Virus record (IMG/VR): IMGVR_UViG_3300037200_000074
Source: an uncultured virus (IMG/VR IMGVR_UViG_3300037200_000074)
Taxonomy: Duplodnaviria; Heunggongvirae; Uroviricota; Caudoviricetes
Reading direction: 5' to 3' (one strand)
DNA length: 20,000 nucleotides
Of the stretch, positions 1 to 8,822 are shown in pieces (positions within the stretch are counted from its first letter, which is position 1; each line of letters opens with the position of its first letter). Under the pieces are notes generated by a model. The model was not told the DNA's origin and made no database searches. It saw only the letters and a program-made list of their open reading frames with translations. A program made the translations under genes and the position numbers.

Positions 1-328
1 AGGGAGACTCAGAACCAATCGACACCTTGCCTAAACCAGACCGAACGACCTCATAAGAGTCCTTGAGGTCGCCTGTTTCGTCTAGCGGTTCGTCGTTAGG
101 ATTTATTCCGCGCTGTTGCCGACGCCTAAGCGTACTCTCTTGTAGAGGTGCCCACGCAGGGAACGGTCCTACCTGAGGTTGATAAGTACCAAACTTACTT
201 CTAGCTATGAACAGTACTTCTTCTGCAGCACCTTCAAGCGCGTCGCCAATAGCCTCTTTGGAATTGAGGCGCATGCGACCAAGAAAGGCACCCATGACAG
301 CAAACGAAGTGAAGTTTATGTCTGCCAT
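1..328 (-). CDS. Partial phage virion morphogenesis protein (HK97 gp10 / Mu gpG-like), runs off the left edge
   Basis: Not in the ORF track. Manual translation from ATG 328: MADINFTSFAVMGAFLGRMRLNSKEAIGDALEGAAEEVLFIARSKFGTYQPQVGPFPAWAPLQESTLRRRQQRGINPNDEPLDETGDLKDSYEVVRSGLGKVSIGSESP. WAPL..ST and PL.ETG.L..S motifs are typical of this family. The start overlaps the end of the GIY-YIG ORF. Confidence 0.75.
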   Translation of the reverse strand, partial: MADINFTSFAVMGAFLGRMRLNSKEAIGDALEGAAEEVLFIARSKFGTYQPQVGPFPAWAPLQESTLRRRQQRGINPNDEPLDETGDLKDSYEVVRSGLGKVSIGSESP

Positions 329-885
329 TTTAATGCCAGTCGTATGTGATCTCTAGCACTCTTAAGATTTTTACCTCGTAGTGTTACATACTTGGTACAA
401 ACCTCTTCGTAACTGTGGTTTTTCAGTTGTTCGCGAAGCCATGAAGCCCAACTCATACCATTAGGCGCATCACCTCTTTTAACTGTTCCTCGGAGTGACT
501 CACTTAAACTAGCTCGATGCGCGGTAGTCTGTTTTTTACCAATTTTTGCCGCGCTCATCTTAGCCCGAACTTCAAAAGTAAATCTTATAGGGTTTACTAC
601 AAACAAAGTCATGTTGTATTCAGGCTTAGTTAAGATCAAATAAACTTGTTCACGTTCTCGAACTACGCTTTCAGTACATCGTTCAATAACTCTACAAGAA
701 AAATTATTGAGTCCGTACTTGTTTACAGCTCGCTGTAGTATAATGTTACTGTGTTTATTATTTCGCAGTAATTTTTTGTGCGCTCTCCAGCGGAGATTCA
801 TAGTAATAGAAGAACCTATGTAACGTTTCCCATTGATTGTGTTAGTGATCTCATAGACCCCACACCCATCCAGTACTTCGCTCAT
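316..885 (-). mobile_element. Free-standing GIY-YIG homing endonuclease with NUMOD3-like segment
   Basis: GVYEITNTINGKRYIGSS (GIY-YIG), RW..H, E-Q and PEYN motifs, then 'EVRAKMSAAKIGKKQTTAHRASLSESLRG' (NUMOD3-like). Visibly more AT-rich than its neighbours. Confidence 0.9.
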
Positions 886-907
886 AGGCTCTTCCTATAC
901 TATCGTC

Positions 908-1126
908 TCATCTAGGTGGTAGAACCCTACCTTGGTTTTTATTGGCTCGCTCGTCGAGCGTGGACTTCCAGATACCGTATCTGGTGACCCCATCCTTATC
1001 GACTTCTGAGTAGTCAAATATAAAGGTGTCTCCAAACTGTTGTCCTTTAATTATACCTATCGCCGTCAGGACTGCGTCATCCATGTCTTGCACCTCCGCC
1101 CATGTAGGCGAAGCTACACCTGCCAT
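908..1126 (-). CDS. Probable second tail assembly chaperone ORF
   Basis: Small ORF directly after the first chaperone ORF. No clear SD; its frame is open for 14 codons upstream, overlapping the previous gene in the -1 frame. Confidence 0.5.
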   Translation of the reverse strand: MAGVASPTWAEVQDMDDAVLTAIGIIKGQQFGDTFIFDYSEVDKDGVTRYGIWKSTLDERANKNQGRVLPPR

Positions 1127-1128
1127 GG

Positions 1129-1608
1129 TTACGAAGATGGGGTCACTGGTAAGTCCCGGACTTTGTTAAGCTTACTCTTAGCGTAAGGTAGGGTAGCGAC
1201 AGTAATACGCTTGCGAGTTTCCTCCTGGTCGAGCCCCTCATCCATGCATTCCAGCAGAGTCTTCTTGACAATAGCGCTTAGCTCCGGCTGAGTAAGCTCT
1301 TGCCATTTCTCCATGAAGCTGTCGAGATCATCATCGTCTTCAAAACGACCGATCATGGCATCAAAGTGAGTTGGATTCATGAGCGGTGACGGCGCACCGC
1401 CACTCCAGTTACGGATGGATAGGAACGCCGTGCCTATCGTCTTAAGTTCATCGTCCTTATAGTAGTGCTCTCCAAGAAGGTTACGCAGCTTAAGACGAAT
1501 GACTCCTTTGGGCAGCCCTACCGTAACTCTGGTGTTGTCTTTTAATACGTGCGTAAACGTTGCATCTTCAGACGACACCGGAGCTACGGATGTAGCTTCG
1601 TTGTTCAT
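1129..1608 (-). CDS. Probable tail assembly chaperone
   Basis: Immediately downstream of the tail tube gene; AGGGAG SD; charged, largely helical 159-aa protein. Confidence 0.6.
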   Translation of the reverse strand: MNNEATSVAPVSSEDATFTHVLKDNTRVTVGLPKGVIRLKLRNLLGEHYYKDDELKTIGTAFLSIRNWSGGAPSPLMNPTHFDAMIGRFEDDDDLDSFMEKWQELTQPELSAIVKKTLLECMDEGLDQEETRKRITVATLPYAKSKLNKVRDLPVTPSS

Positions 1609-1630
1609 TTGCTTCTCCCTAGGTTATTAG

Positions 1631-2122
1631 TTACGCCGCCCCCGCCAGCGTATTACCACTGAACGTTGCGTCTGACGTGTCTCCCGTGAGTTGAATGCGA
1701 CGCGGGAAGAACATTTTGTACGTTCCGGTGATATCTTCATTTCCCTTGTACGAGCCCGCGTCCGTTTGATAGATGATACCATCGACGTATTGGAACATAT
1801 CGACAGAAGCATCATCGTTGCGAGTAGTTTGCTGCATGGTCACTTCGATGTCGGGATTACCCGCGAAGTAGTTGTCCTGACAGAACTGACCGAGCGTGTC
1901 GGGGATACCGTCCTGACGGTAGTACTGGATGGTTACATCCCAACCATTGAAGACTGGTCGAGCTACGGTGACGCCACCGTTGTTGGTCGGAATGACTTTG
2001 CGCTCAGTCCAGAGTGGCTGAATGTGGGTGTCGGAGTAAAGACCAAACTCTTGAATAACCTGTCCGTTCAACGTAATGCTGACGGTAAGGTCTCGGCCTA
2101 TATTTTGTTTATGCTGTGACAC
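1631..2122 (-). CDS. Tail tube protein
   Basis: 163 aa, beta-rich, directly follows the sheath; GTG start with AGGAG SD. Confidence 0.8.
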   Translation of the reverse strand: MSQHKQNIGRDLTVSITLNGQVIQEFGLYSDTHIQPLWTERKVIPTNNGGVTVARPVFNGWDVTIQYYRQDGIPDTLGQFCQDNYFAGNPDIEVTMQQTTRNDDASVDMFQYVDGIIYQTDAGSYKGNEDITGTYKMFFPRRIQLTGDTSDATFSGNTLAGAA

Positions 2123-2132
2123 TATTCGTCTC

Positions 2133-3677
2133 CTACGTCAACGCGGTGTTGGTTACGACTTGTACGTCTACAGACTGACCGCCTGTGACATTGATAATGA
2201 AGCGGTTCACGTTAGCGAGGTACGCTACAACCGCGTCCGCCTGCATGATACCCATCTTGATTTGGGTAACTGGATTGTTCGTGAGATCACACGTAAACGT
2301 GTACGCGTCGATTGCGTTACCTATCTGAGGCGCAAAGTATCCGTTACCTGCAGCCCGTGCCGCTTCACGCAAAGGATCGTCAGCCTGGGTAGACTGAGGT
2401 TGATCAACGAACTGACCCATCGTAATACCGGATAGTGCTCGCACGATGTCGTTGGTCTTACGCGTATATGCGATTTCGTTCTGGGCGATGTTCGACGAGG
2501 AATTTTTACCATGTCGAATACCCAGTGCGTTTGCGCTCGGAATGCGGTCTGCGATGAAGTCAATGCCCGCCGCTTGCAGGGTAGCCTCGTCGGAGTCACT
2601 ATAAGTCTGTGCCAGTGGCCCGTAGGTCTTGTCGGTACCGAGTAGACCGTAAACTTTCTTGTTGCCGGGTGAGACGTGTGGGAGTACCGAGCAGCACACA
2701 CCTGCAAGAACACCCGCCGAAGGAATATAGATATTCAGACCCAGGTACGTGTCGAAGTAAACCGCGAATCCCAACATGAGGATGAGGTACGGATCGTCTG
2801 CCCCTGCACTAGCCTTCGTAGAAACTGCAGTGGCCACGCTAGTACCAAGTGGAAAGTTACCGATAGCTGCTGAAGCTTCAGTACGTGCGAATTGCAGCAT
2901 GGTGGACCAAGTCGTGTTATCGGTGCAACCCGCTAGCCAAAACACATCCATACCCTGATTAGACAGCGCCTGCATACCTGTACGCATCGCGCCGCTGACA
3001 GTGCCAAGCAGTGTAGCTGATGTGATACCGGAGGTACCGTCTGTACCACCTGCAAGTGTTGCTGTCATACCCGCAGTAAGCTCGACCGTGCTAGAAGTAC
3101 CGGCACTAGCAATGATATAGTTTGAAGGAGCGTTATATGCTCCGCCGGTGTTCATAGCTGCTATCAGCGCAGCTACCGAACCAGTAGCTGGAATGCGATC
3201 GTAAATTTCTGCCAAACTACCCGCTAGGTACACCGATGCCTTTAAGGTAGCGGGGAACGTACCTGCACTGATGGTTACCATAAGGGTATCACCCATAATG
3301 CCGTTGTAAAGTCCCGTAAATATGATCTGCTTAGTACTACCACTAGCTCCGAGGTAACCTGTAGCCGCCGTAGAGGTTCCATCATCAACTCGAACAGTTG
3401 AGAGGCCACCCTGTGGGCTTTGTTTCAAAAAGACTGCGCCCTCTTGAACCATAGGGGCTACATTACCTGCAATTGGCAGACCGTAGTTACTAGTGAGATC
3501 ACTAGCGCTGCTGTTGTTGAGGACAACGTTCAGCGGACCCCAGCTACCCCCACCAACTACCGCACCTTGCAGCGTAGAGCCACTAGTAGTAATCTGCGGC
3601 TGTGGCGGTAAGACATTTACGTAGACGTCATCTGCACCAACCGCGCCGCCTGCAGTGCCGTAGCTAACCTGACCCAT
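2133..3677 (-). CDS. Contractile tail sheath protein
   Basis: 514 aa with sheath hallmarks: DVYVNVLPP, G..WGPLN, LAGGTDG, PSAGVLAG, SPGNK, and C-terminal CDLTNNP...I..G.MQADAVVAYL. Confidence 0.9.
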   Translation of the reverse strand: MGQVSYGTAGGAVGADDVYVNVLPPQPQITTSGSTLQGAVVGGGSWGPLNVVLNNSSASDLTSNYGLPIAGNVAPMVQEGAVFLKQSPQGGLSTVRVDDGTSTAATGYLGASGSTKQIIFTGLYNGIMGDTLMVTISAGTFPATLKASVYLAGSLAEIYDRIPATGSVAALIAAMNTGGAYNAPSNYIIASAGTSSTVELTAGMTATLAGGTDGTSGITSATLLGTVSGAMRTGMQALSNQGMDVFWLAGCTDNTTWSTMLQFARTEASAAIGNFPLGTSVATAVSTKASAGADDPYLILMLGFAVYFDTYLGLNIYIPSAGVLAGVCCSVLPHVSPGNKKVYGLLGTDKTYGPLAQTYSDSDEATLQAAGIDFIADRIPSANALGIRHGKNSSSNIAQNEIAYTRKTNDIVRALSGITMGQFVDQPQSTQADDPLREAARAAGNGYFAPQIGNAIDAYTFTCDLTNNPVTQIKMGIMQADAVVAYLANVNRFIINVTGGQSVDVQVVTNTALT

Positions 3678-3838
3678 TACTTAGATTTCTCCTCTTGGTT
3701 GCTAGGCGCAGCTTTTTCCGCATCATCGTCGTTGTACCGAACGAACACCCCGGTACCCTGCATCTCGGTGGGAATGGTGTCGTAGCTCTCCCCACGAGTG
3801 TATGGACCGAAGGTTTCACGACATCTATACTTAATCAT
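3677..3838 (-). CDS. Small hypothetical protein (53 aa) preceding the sheath
   Basis: Not in the ORF track. MIKYRCRETFGPYTRGESYDTIPTEMQGTGVFVRYNDDDAEKAAPSNQEEKSK. ATGA overlap with the upstream stop and TAATG overlap with the sheath start fill the gap exactly. Confidence 0.75.
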   Translation of the reverse strand: MIKYRCRETFGPYTRGESYDTIPTEMQGTGVFVRYNDDDAEKAAPSNQEEKSK

Positions 3839-4476
3839 AATTGCCCCACTTGCAGCTTTTGTCTTGCCGGTGCTCCGACTACGACATTGGTTTCGATTGT
3901 GATGACCTGTGTTGCATCAACTTCTACCACTTCAGTAAAGTCTGATTCGTACATAAACCTACGCACATACACAGAGTCTACCTGTTCCATATCTACAGTT
4001 TTGTTTACTTGATATTTGAACAGCGTGATGGTGCTGTCACCATTACGCAAGCGGTATGCGTCCGTTAACAATATTCGAACTAATTTACATATAGCTTTCC
4101 GACTCTCTTCGCTATATGACCATACTTCAATTATTGCTTGCTTCTTCTCGCGGGCTACCTCGATATATTCCGTTCCTGAAGCAGGAACCCCTGTTGACCC
4201 AGGGGTGGTGTAATTCACCTGCGCAGGCTTCCTATTAAGGAAAGGGAAGACCCCGCCCTTATCTCCTTCGTAGATTGCGACCTGAGCTAGTTTATTCTCC
4301 AGTCGCTTCATAACGTGATTCTGAATAGGGTGTCCATAGGCTATGAGCGTAGCCGGTATTTGTCCTGCTGTAGCCAATGGATTCGGGAAGCGCATAGGAA
4401 CATTAGGCTGATAAGGAGCTAAGCCTTCAGCTATGAAGTACGCTAAATTATCTAAGACCTCGTCAATGTCTGCCAT
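3835..4476 (-). CDS. Putative tail terminator / tail completion protein
   Basis: Position before the sheath; 'IEVWSYSEESRKAI' and 'YVRRFMYESDF' pattern resembles tail terminators. Confidence 0.6.
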   Translation of the reverse strand: MADIDEVLDNLAYFIAEGLAPYQPNVPMRFPNPLATAGQIPATLIAYGHPIQNHVMKRLENKLAQVAIYEGDKGGVFPFLNRKPAQVNYTTPGSTGVPASGTEYIEVAREKKQAIIEVWSYSEESRKAICKLVRILLTDAYRLRNGDSTITLFKYQVNKTVDMEQVDSVYVRRFMYESDFTEVVEVDATQVITIETNVVVGAPARQKLQVGQL

Positions 4477-6833
4477 TATGCTTGCTGTACAGCCTCAAGA
4501 ATTACACCAGGATTAAATGTACTAGTAGTGGTGGTGGCCGCTGATTTATACGTAACGCTCATTATGCCATTAAGCGTAGTGTTAAGAGTTGAAGTAGGTG
4601 TAAGAGCTTCAACGAATACCTGCGCTACCACTAAGCCAGTTATACCAGTAGTCGCACTTGTACCGTTTAAAATACGCAGCCATCCTGAGACCGCTCCCGT
4701 CGATCCAATATTAGTAACCGTAAAGAAAATTTCGATGTCGAAGGGTACAGCGGTGCCTGTTGCAGCAGAAGTTACTGCTGCCGTCGCGATTGCAGCGTCG
4801 GCCGTGGTTCCGGTCGTGCCGTATCGCAGCGTAAACGTTGAAGCGTTCGCCGCCGTTGCGGTACACGTACCAGGCAACCGTGCGCGGTAGACGGTGCCCA
4901 CAAGTAGCCCACCTGTGCCGACCGGGGCCGTGGCAATTACGGTCTCGGTCGTATTGAGCCCGGCCGTTGCCGCAGTCTTTGCCTGCCCACTAATAGCCAT
5001 ACCAACATTGTTGGTAATGTTCTTAGCTGTCGAGGACGTGCTGTTATCGGTGATCGCGGTCGTGTTGCCACGCAAGTTGTTGTTGTAAATCTCAAGCGCG
5101 CCGTATGCACCGGAGTTAATCGTAATGCCGGTAGTGTTTGCACCGATGCCACCAGTAGGCCCAATGCGATTACCTATGGCTTTGAGTTCAGTTACTGAGC
5201 CTGCAGAGGCGTTGAGTACGATGCCGATGCCGTTACCCGCGATACGGCACAACGAGACGCCTATGTCCTGACAGCCATTTGCGACAACGCCGCTCGTGCC
5301 GTTGCTATAGATGTCGCAATTTACTACGTCGATACCCGTTGGTAACGTAGCAGCGGTAGAGGCTACTTGCAGACCGTTTAACGCTGCAGACGACATCCAA
5401 GAGTTGAGAATCTTGACTCGTTGTACATTACCCGTTCCAACAATCTGCACACCGTTCTGACCTGCAGTATCAAAGTATGTGTTTACTGCATAGACACCAA
5501 ACACGCCATTTGGTGACGTAGGATTTAGGCGCATATTGTTGAGCGCACGAATCCAGTCGCAGTCTGATATGAGTAAAGAACCGCACTGATTTACTTCACA
5601 GTGCGATATAGCTGCCGGAGCCCCATCGCAAGTAATATTGTGAAGTATAGAATTGACGTTAGCACCATTACACTGATTATCGAAGTTTATGGTACCTGAA
5701 AATTGTATGTTATAAGTTGCACAGAGAGTACCATTGTGAATGATGCCATTATAGACGGCGGTGAAGGCGCAGTCTCGCGTGTTGATGTAGACGTTCGACC
5801 CACCATTGATGGCATAGCCGCCGGTCTTAAACTGTACCGCGCCAAGTGCTGTAGTAGTAGCTGCTACTGCAGTAGTACATCCTGTGAGAGACGTAGTAGT
5901 AGACCCGGTAAAGTTTACGAGGGTCCAAACGTTCTGACAGTTAACATAGCAAGAACCAGCACCACCACCACCGGGTATAAACGAGTTCGCGGCAATCGTA
6001 AGTGTGACGCCGCCAGTGGTTGGGATTGCAACAGCCGCGCCGGTAAGCGTCGTAGCATTGCCGTTAAACGTAATACCCTCGAAAGTCTGTTGCCAATCAC
6101 CGCAGGTGATGAAGTCTGCAGATTGCGACGCACTCAAGAATATTGTCTTGAACTCACCTGCACCAGCATGGTGGAAGTGCTTACCGGAAGGAATCGATGG
6201 GTTCGTACCGCTCGAAAGAACCATCGTACAAGGCGGCCACAGGAGCACACTGCCAGAAGGCGCGGCGGCGTAAAGAGCGTTTAGGTTCGCCGAGTCATCA
6301 GTAGCGCCGTCGCACGCAAGGTTCTGATACGAGTTTGCCGTGACTAAGACAACTGCTGCGTTAAATTTTGAGATGAAGAGTTTGTCTAGTGCGGCCAGAG
6401 CACCCTGCAAAGTTGTAGTTGCAGGATTCAGCATCGCAGTAACTTGAGCTGCGGTTAAGTCAAGCAGAGCTCCGAGGGCACCAGTGTTGTTACCCTTGAT
6501 AGTGTTCGCAGGCGCATTAGCAAGATACGAGTTAGATACTGAGCTAGCAGCTAGTGATAGATTGGGATTACGAGTATCGCCTAAGTTAGTGACTGGGCTA
6601 ACAGTCGTAAGACTCTCAAGATATGAAAGAGACAGTGCAGTATCAGGTATGCTTCCTGCAGTGATATTAGCGCCGGAGATAGTCGGTGCACTACCTGTGA
6701 GGAATTGATGCGTACCGCCTGCGGAGTCCTCATAGTAAGGCAAAAACGTGGCGCTATCCATGTAAATGGATATTTTACCAGTTGATGGCGGGGTAGGAGT
6801 AGCCTGTGATACTAAAGTAAGTACGGATGCCAT
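4476..6833 (-). CDS. Fiber/spike protein with pectate-lyase-like right-handed beta-helix (putative depolymerase or glycan binder)
   Basis: 'ACDGATDDSANLNAL' (pectate_lyase_3-type N-terminal motif), Asn/Gly/Ile-rich PbH1-like repeats (IYSNGTSGV, IAGNGIGI, IYNNNLRGN), fiber-like N-terminal segment 'ANTIKGNNTG...DLTAAQV', beta-sandwich-like C-terminus. Confidence 0.75.
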   Translation of the reverse strand: MASVLTLVSQATPTPPSTGKISIYMDSATFLPYYEDSAGGTHQFLTGSAPTISGANITAGSIPDTALSLSYLESLTTVSPVTNLGDTRNPNLSLAASSVSNSYLANAPANTIKGNNTGALGALLDLTAAQVTAMLNPATTTLQGALAALDKLFISKFNAAVVLVTANSYQNLACDGATDDSANLNALYAAAPSGSVLLWPPCTMVLSSGTNPSIPSGKHFHHAGAGEFKTIFLSASQSADFITCGDWQQTFEGITFNGNATTLTGAAVAIPTTGGVTLTIAANSFIPGGGGAGSCYVNCQNVWTLVNFTGSTTTSLTGCTTAVAATTTALGAVQFKTGGYAINGGSNVYINTRDCAFTAVYNGIIHNGTLCATYNIQFSGTINFDNQCNGANVNSILHNITCDGAPAAISHCEVNQCGSLLISDCDWIRALNNMRLNPTSPNGVFGVYAVNTYFDTAGQNGVQIVGTGNVQRVKILNSWMSSAALNGLQVASTAATLPTGIDVVNCDIYSNGTSGVVANGCQDIGVSLCRIAGNGIGIVLNASAGSVTELKAIGNRIGPTGGIGANTTGITINSGAYGALEIYNNNLRGNTTAITDNSTSSTAKNITNNVGMAISGQAKTAATAGLNTTETVIATAPVGTGGLLVGTVYRARLPGTCTATAANASTFTLRYGTTGTTADAAIATAAVTSAATGTAVPFDIEIFFTVTNIGSTGAVSGWLRILNGTSATTGITGLVVAQVFVEALTPTSTLNTTLNGIMSVTYKSAATTTTSTFNPGVILEAVQQA

Positions 6834-7063
6834 TACAGAATCATCAACTCGCCTTCACATGTTACGGTGCCATCAAGTTCTATAGGGCCTACCGCTACCT
6901 GGTAAGTCCCCGCTGGAATGTCAAACGTTGTTCCACCGGGGACTACCTGCGGTACCTGTGCAGAACCACTCGACGTTGGCAAAATCGAAGGATCAATCAA
7001 GTCCGGAGACGTGATCATCGATAGGATGCCGTTGATAATCGTGAGCGGTTTGCGGTTTGCCAT
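6833..7063 (-). CDS. Small hypothetical virion-associated protein
   Basis: 76 aa; TAATG overlaps at both ends; beta-rich C-terminus. Confidence 0.7.
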   Translation of the reverse strand: MANRKPLTIINGILSMITSPDLIDPSILPTSSGSAQVPQVVPGGTTFDIPAGTYQVAVGPIELDGTVTCEGELMIL

Positions 7064-7572
7064 TACGCGAGGGTAATAGCGTACTGTGGATCGAAGTTGA
7101 GATTACCTGCTGCAGTAGCTTCACCAACTTGTTGACACACTGCACCAGCCGCAGTCGGAGCGACTGAAACGGTTGCGCCAACAGTACCTAAGTACTGGGT
7201 AGCTCCTGGGGTAAGACCAGTGACTGCATTGTTATTACCGTAAAAGTAAACTAGTGCAGTAGCTGCAGAAGAAAAAGCGGTCAGTACGAAGCCATGTGCT
7301 GGCTTACCCGCTGCAGAATTATCAGCGTTGCGCACGTTGACTACGCCTGCATTAGGCCACACGTTGACCAACGCCCCCGCCGACAATGCCTCACTAGCAA
7401 CAATGCTAGCAGTGTCTGGTCCAACACCAGTCGGAAGCATGGTGATATCGATTTGACCTTGAGAGTTTAGTGCAGGGATTGCACCTGCGCTGCCAACACC
7501 GGCAGAAACTTGAAGTCCTCGCACCATGGTAATTACACCATTTACGAGATTAAGAAATGCGTTACCTGCCAT
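7063..7572 (-). CDS. Putative capsid decoration/cement-like protein (DUF2190-like)
   Basis: Ala/Gly-rich; ASEALSAGALV...NAD...GFV...GLTPG..QYL...APT...QQVG pattern; AGGAG SD. Confidence 0.6.
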   Translation of the reverse strand: MAGNAFLNLVNGVITMVRGLQVSAGVGSAGAIPALNSQGQIDITMLPTGVGPDTASIVASEALSAGALVNVWPNAGVVNVRNADNSAAGKPAHGFVLTAFSSAATALVYFYGNNNAVTGLTPGATQYLGTVGATVSVAPTAAGAVCQQVGEATAAGNLNFDPQYAITLA

Positions 7573-7581
7573 GATGATCTC

Positions 7582-8481
7582 CTAAGTGGTTAGTATTATA
7601 GGGGAGCGAGGGTGCCACAGTATAGTCGTGGCGTTAACCGCAAGGCCAACTTGAGTATTGTACAAGTCGCCGTTAGCTGGAGTTGGAACAACTTGAGTAA
7701 TGAAGCCATTACGGCTAAGGTAAAGGGGTAATCCCGGTTGCCAATTCCAGGTTGGTTCTATAACATAACCAAACACAACTGAAGTTACTTCAGCAGCCGC
7801 TGCATATGCAGCAGTAATTATGCTTACCGGAAGATTGATTAAGTTAATGTTAGTCGAGTCAGCGTAAACAATGAAGCCTTGGTATTCTACAACTGCTCGG
7901 TCGCCTGATAAAGTGCCGCCTGCAGTACCGCTAGTAATAACTAGTTCACTAGGGTTTGCATTAGGCGGTGGCTCATAGATTTGGCCGGCCCCAACATTAA
8001 CATATATTGAAGGCTTAGGCGTTGCTACGCTAAACTCAGGTATCTCAGGTGGGCGGTAAGGAAATACTGGGCGCGTTTCGGGATGTTCGATACCTTCAGG
8101 AACAGGCTCGTCTTTGATTACCTCAAGAATAGCTGTAAGGAACCACTCATCAGGAAATGGTTTAATCAACAGATAGTCGGCACCTACCCTCTTATGATCA
8201 GAAACTGACTTCTGACCCATAGAAGTGACTAATACTATCTTACCAAGGTAGCCGCTCTTCCGCAGGGTCAGAGCTACCTCAACGCCTGTCATACCTCGCA
8301 TGATTATGTCAAGTAGAATGACTACAGGCTTAAGACCCTTAGTAATTGCCTGTATAAGAGACTCACCGTTGTCGAATACGCCAATTACGTTCATCCCATA
8401 CTTAACACACACAGCTTTGTTACGTTGAAGTTGCTGTGTTGAGTCATCGGCCATAGCTACTGTGACGCCTTTTAGGTACAT
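7582..8481 (-). CDS. Response-regulator receiver (REC) domain fused to a decoration/cement-like domain
   Basis: aa 1-123 REC with D12-D13, D58 (LLDIIM), T86 and K107-P108. Pro-rich linker aa ~124-178. C-terminal domain (WNWQPGLPLYLSRNGFITQ..P...QVGLA) resembles the downstream protein. Confidence 0.85.
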   Translation of the reverse strand: MYLKGVTVAMADDSTQQLQRNKAVCVKYGMNVIGVFDNGESLIQAITKGLKPVVILLDIIMRGMTGVEVALTLRKSGYLGKIVLVTSMGQKSVSDHKRVGADYLLIKPFPDEWFLTAILEVIKDEPVPEGIEHPETRPVFPYRPPEIPEFSVATPKPSIYVNVGAGQIYEPPPNANPSELVITSGTAGGTLSGDRAVVEYQGFIVYADSTNINLINLPVSIITAAYAAAAEVTSVVFGYVIEPTWNWQPGLPLYLSRNGFITQVVPTPANGDLYNTQVGLAVNATTILWHPRSPIILTT

Positions 8482-8822
8482 GTGCCTAACCGCGCGTCAA
8501 TTTTAGCCTGATACTTTTGAATGATCGGACTGACCTTATCGTTGTACTCTTCTTGCAAGCTGTCAACTTTAAGGTCTAGCTGTTTTTGATAATCTTCTTC
8601 ATGCCACCTATACAAGTAACTCAGTAAAAGATCGCCATTACGACCTCCAAGAGCCCTTGCTTTGTCCGCAAATTTAACCGGGCCAAGCCGTATTGTATTA
8701 TAAGCTTCTTCTGCCTGCAGTATAGCTGCACGAAGCCACTCTTGGATAGACTGAATCTCTGCATCTCGCTCTGCCAACAAGTCCTTCACAGCTTCCAGAT
8801 ACTCGCGTCCACTCAAACTCAT
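8472..8822 (-). CDS. Hypothetical helical protein
   Basis: 116 aa, charged and helical; overlaps both neighbours (ATGA at 8819-8822). Confidence 0.7.
   Translation of the reverse strand: MSLSGREYLEAVKDLLAERDAEIQSIQEWLRAAILQAEEAYNTIRLGPVKFADKARALGGRNGDLLLSYLYRWHEEDYQKQLDLKVDSLQEEYNDKVSPIIQKYQAKIDARLGTCT

Noticed and set aside
8472..8822. 116-aa helical protein as an HPt phosphodonor for the REC domain
   Set aside because: Its single His (RWHEE) lacks the HxLKG HPt context; only adjacency supports the idea.
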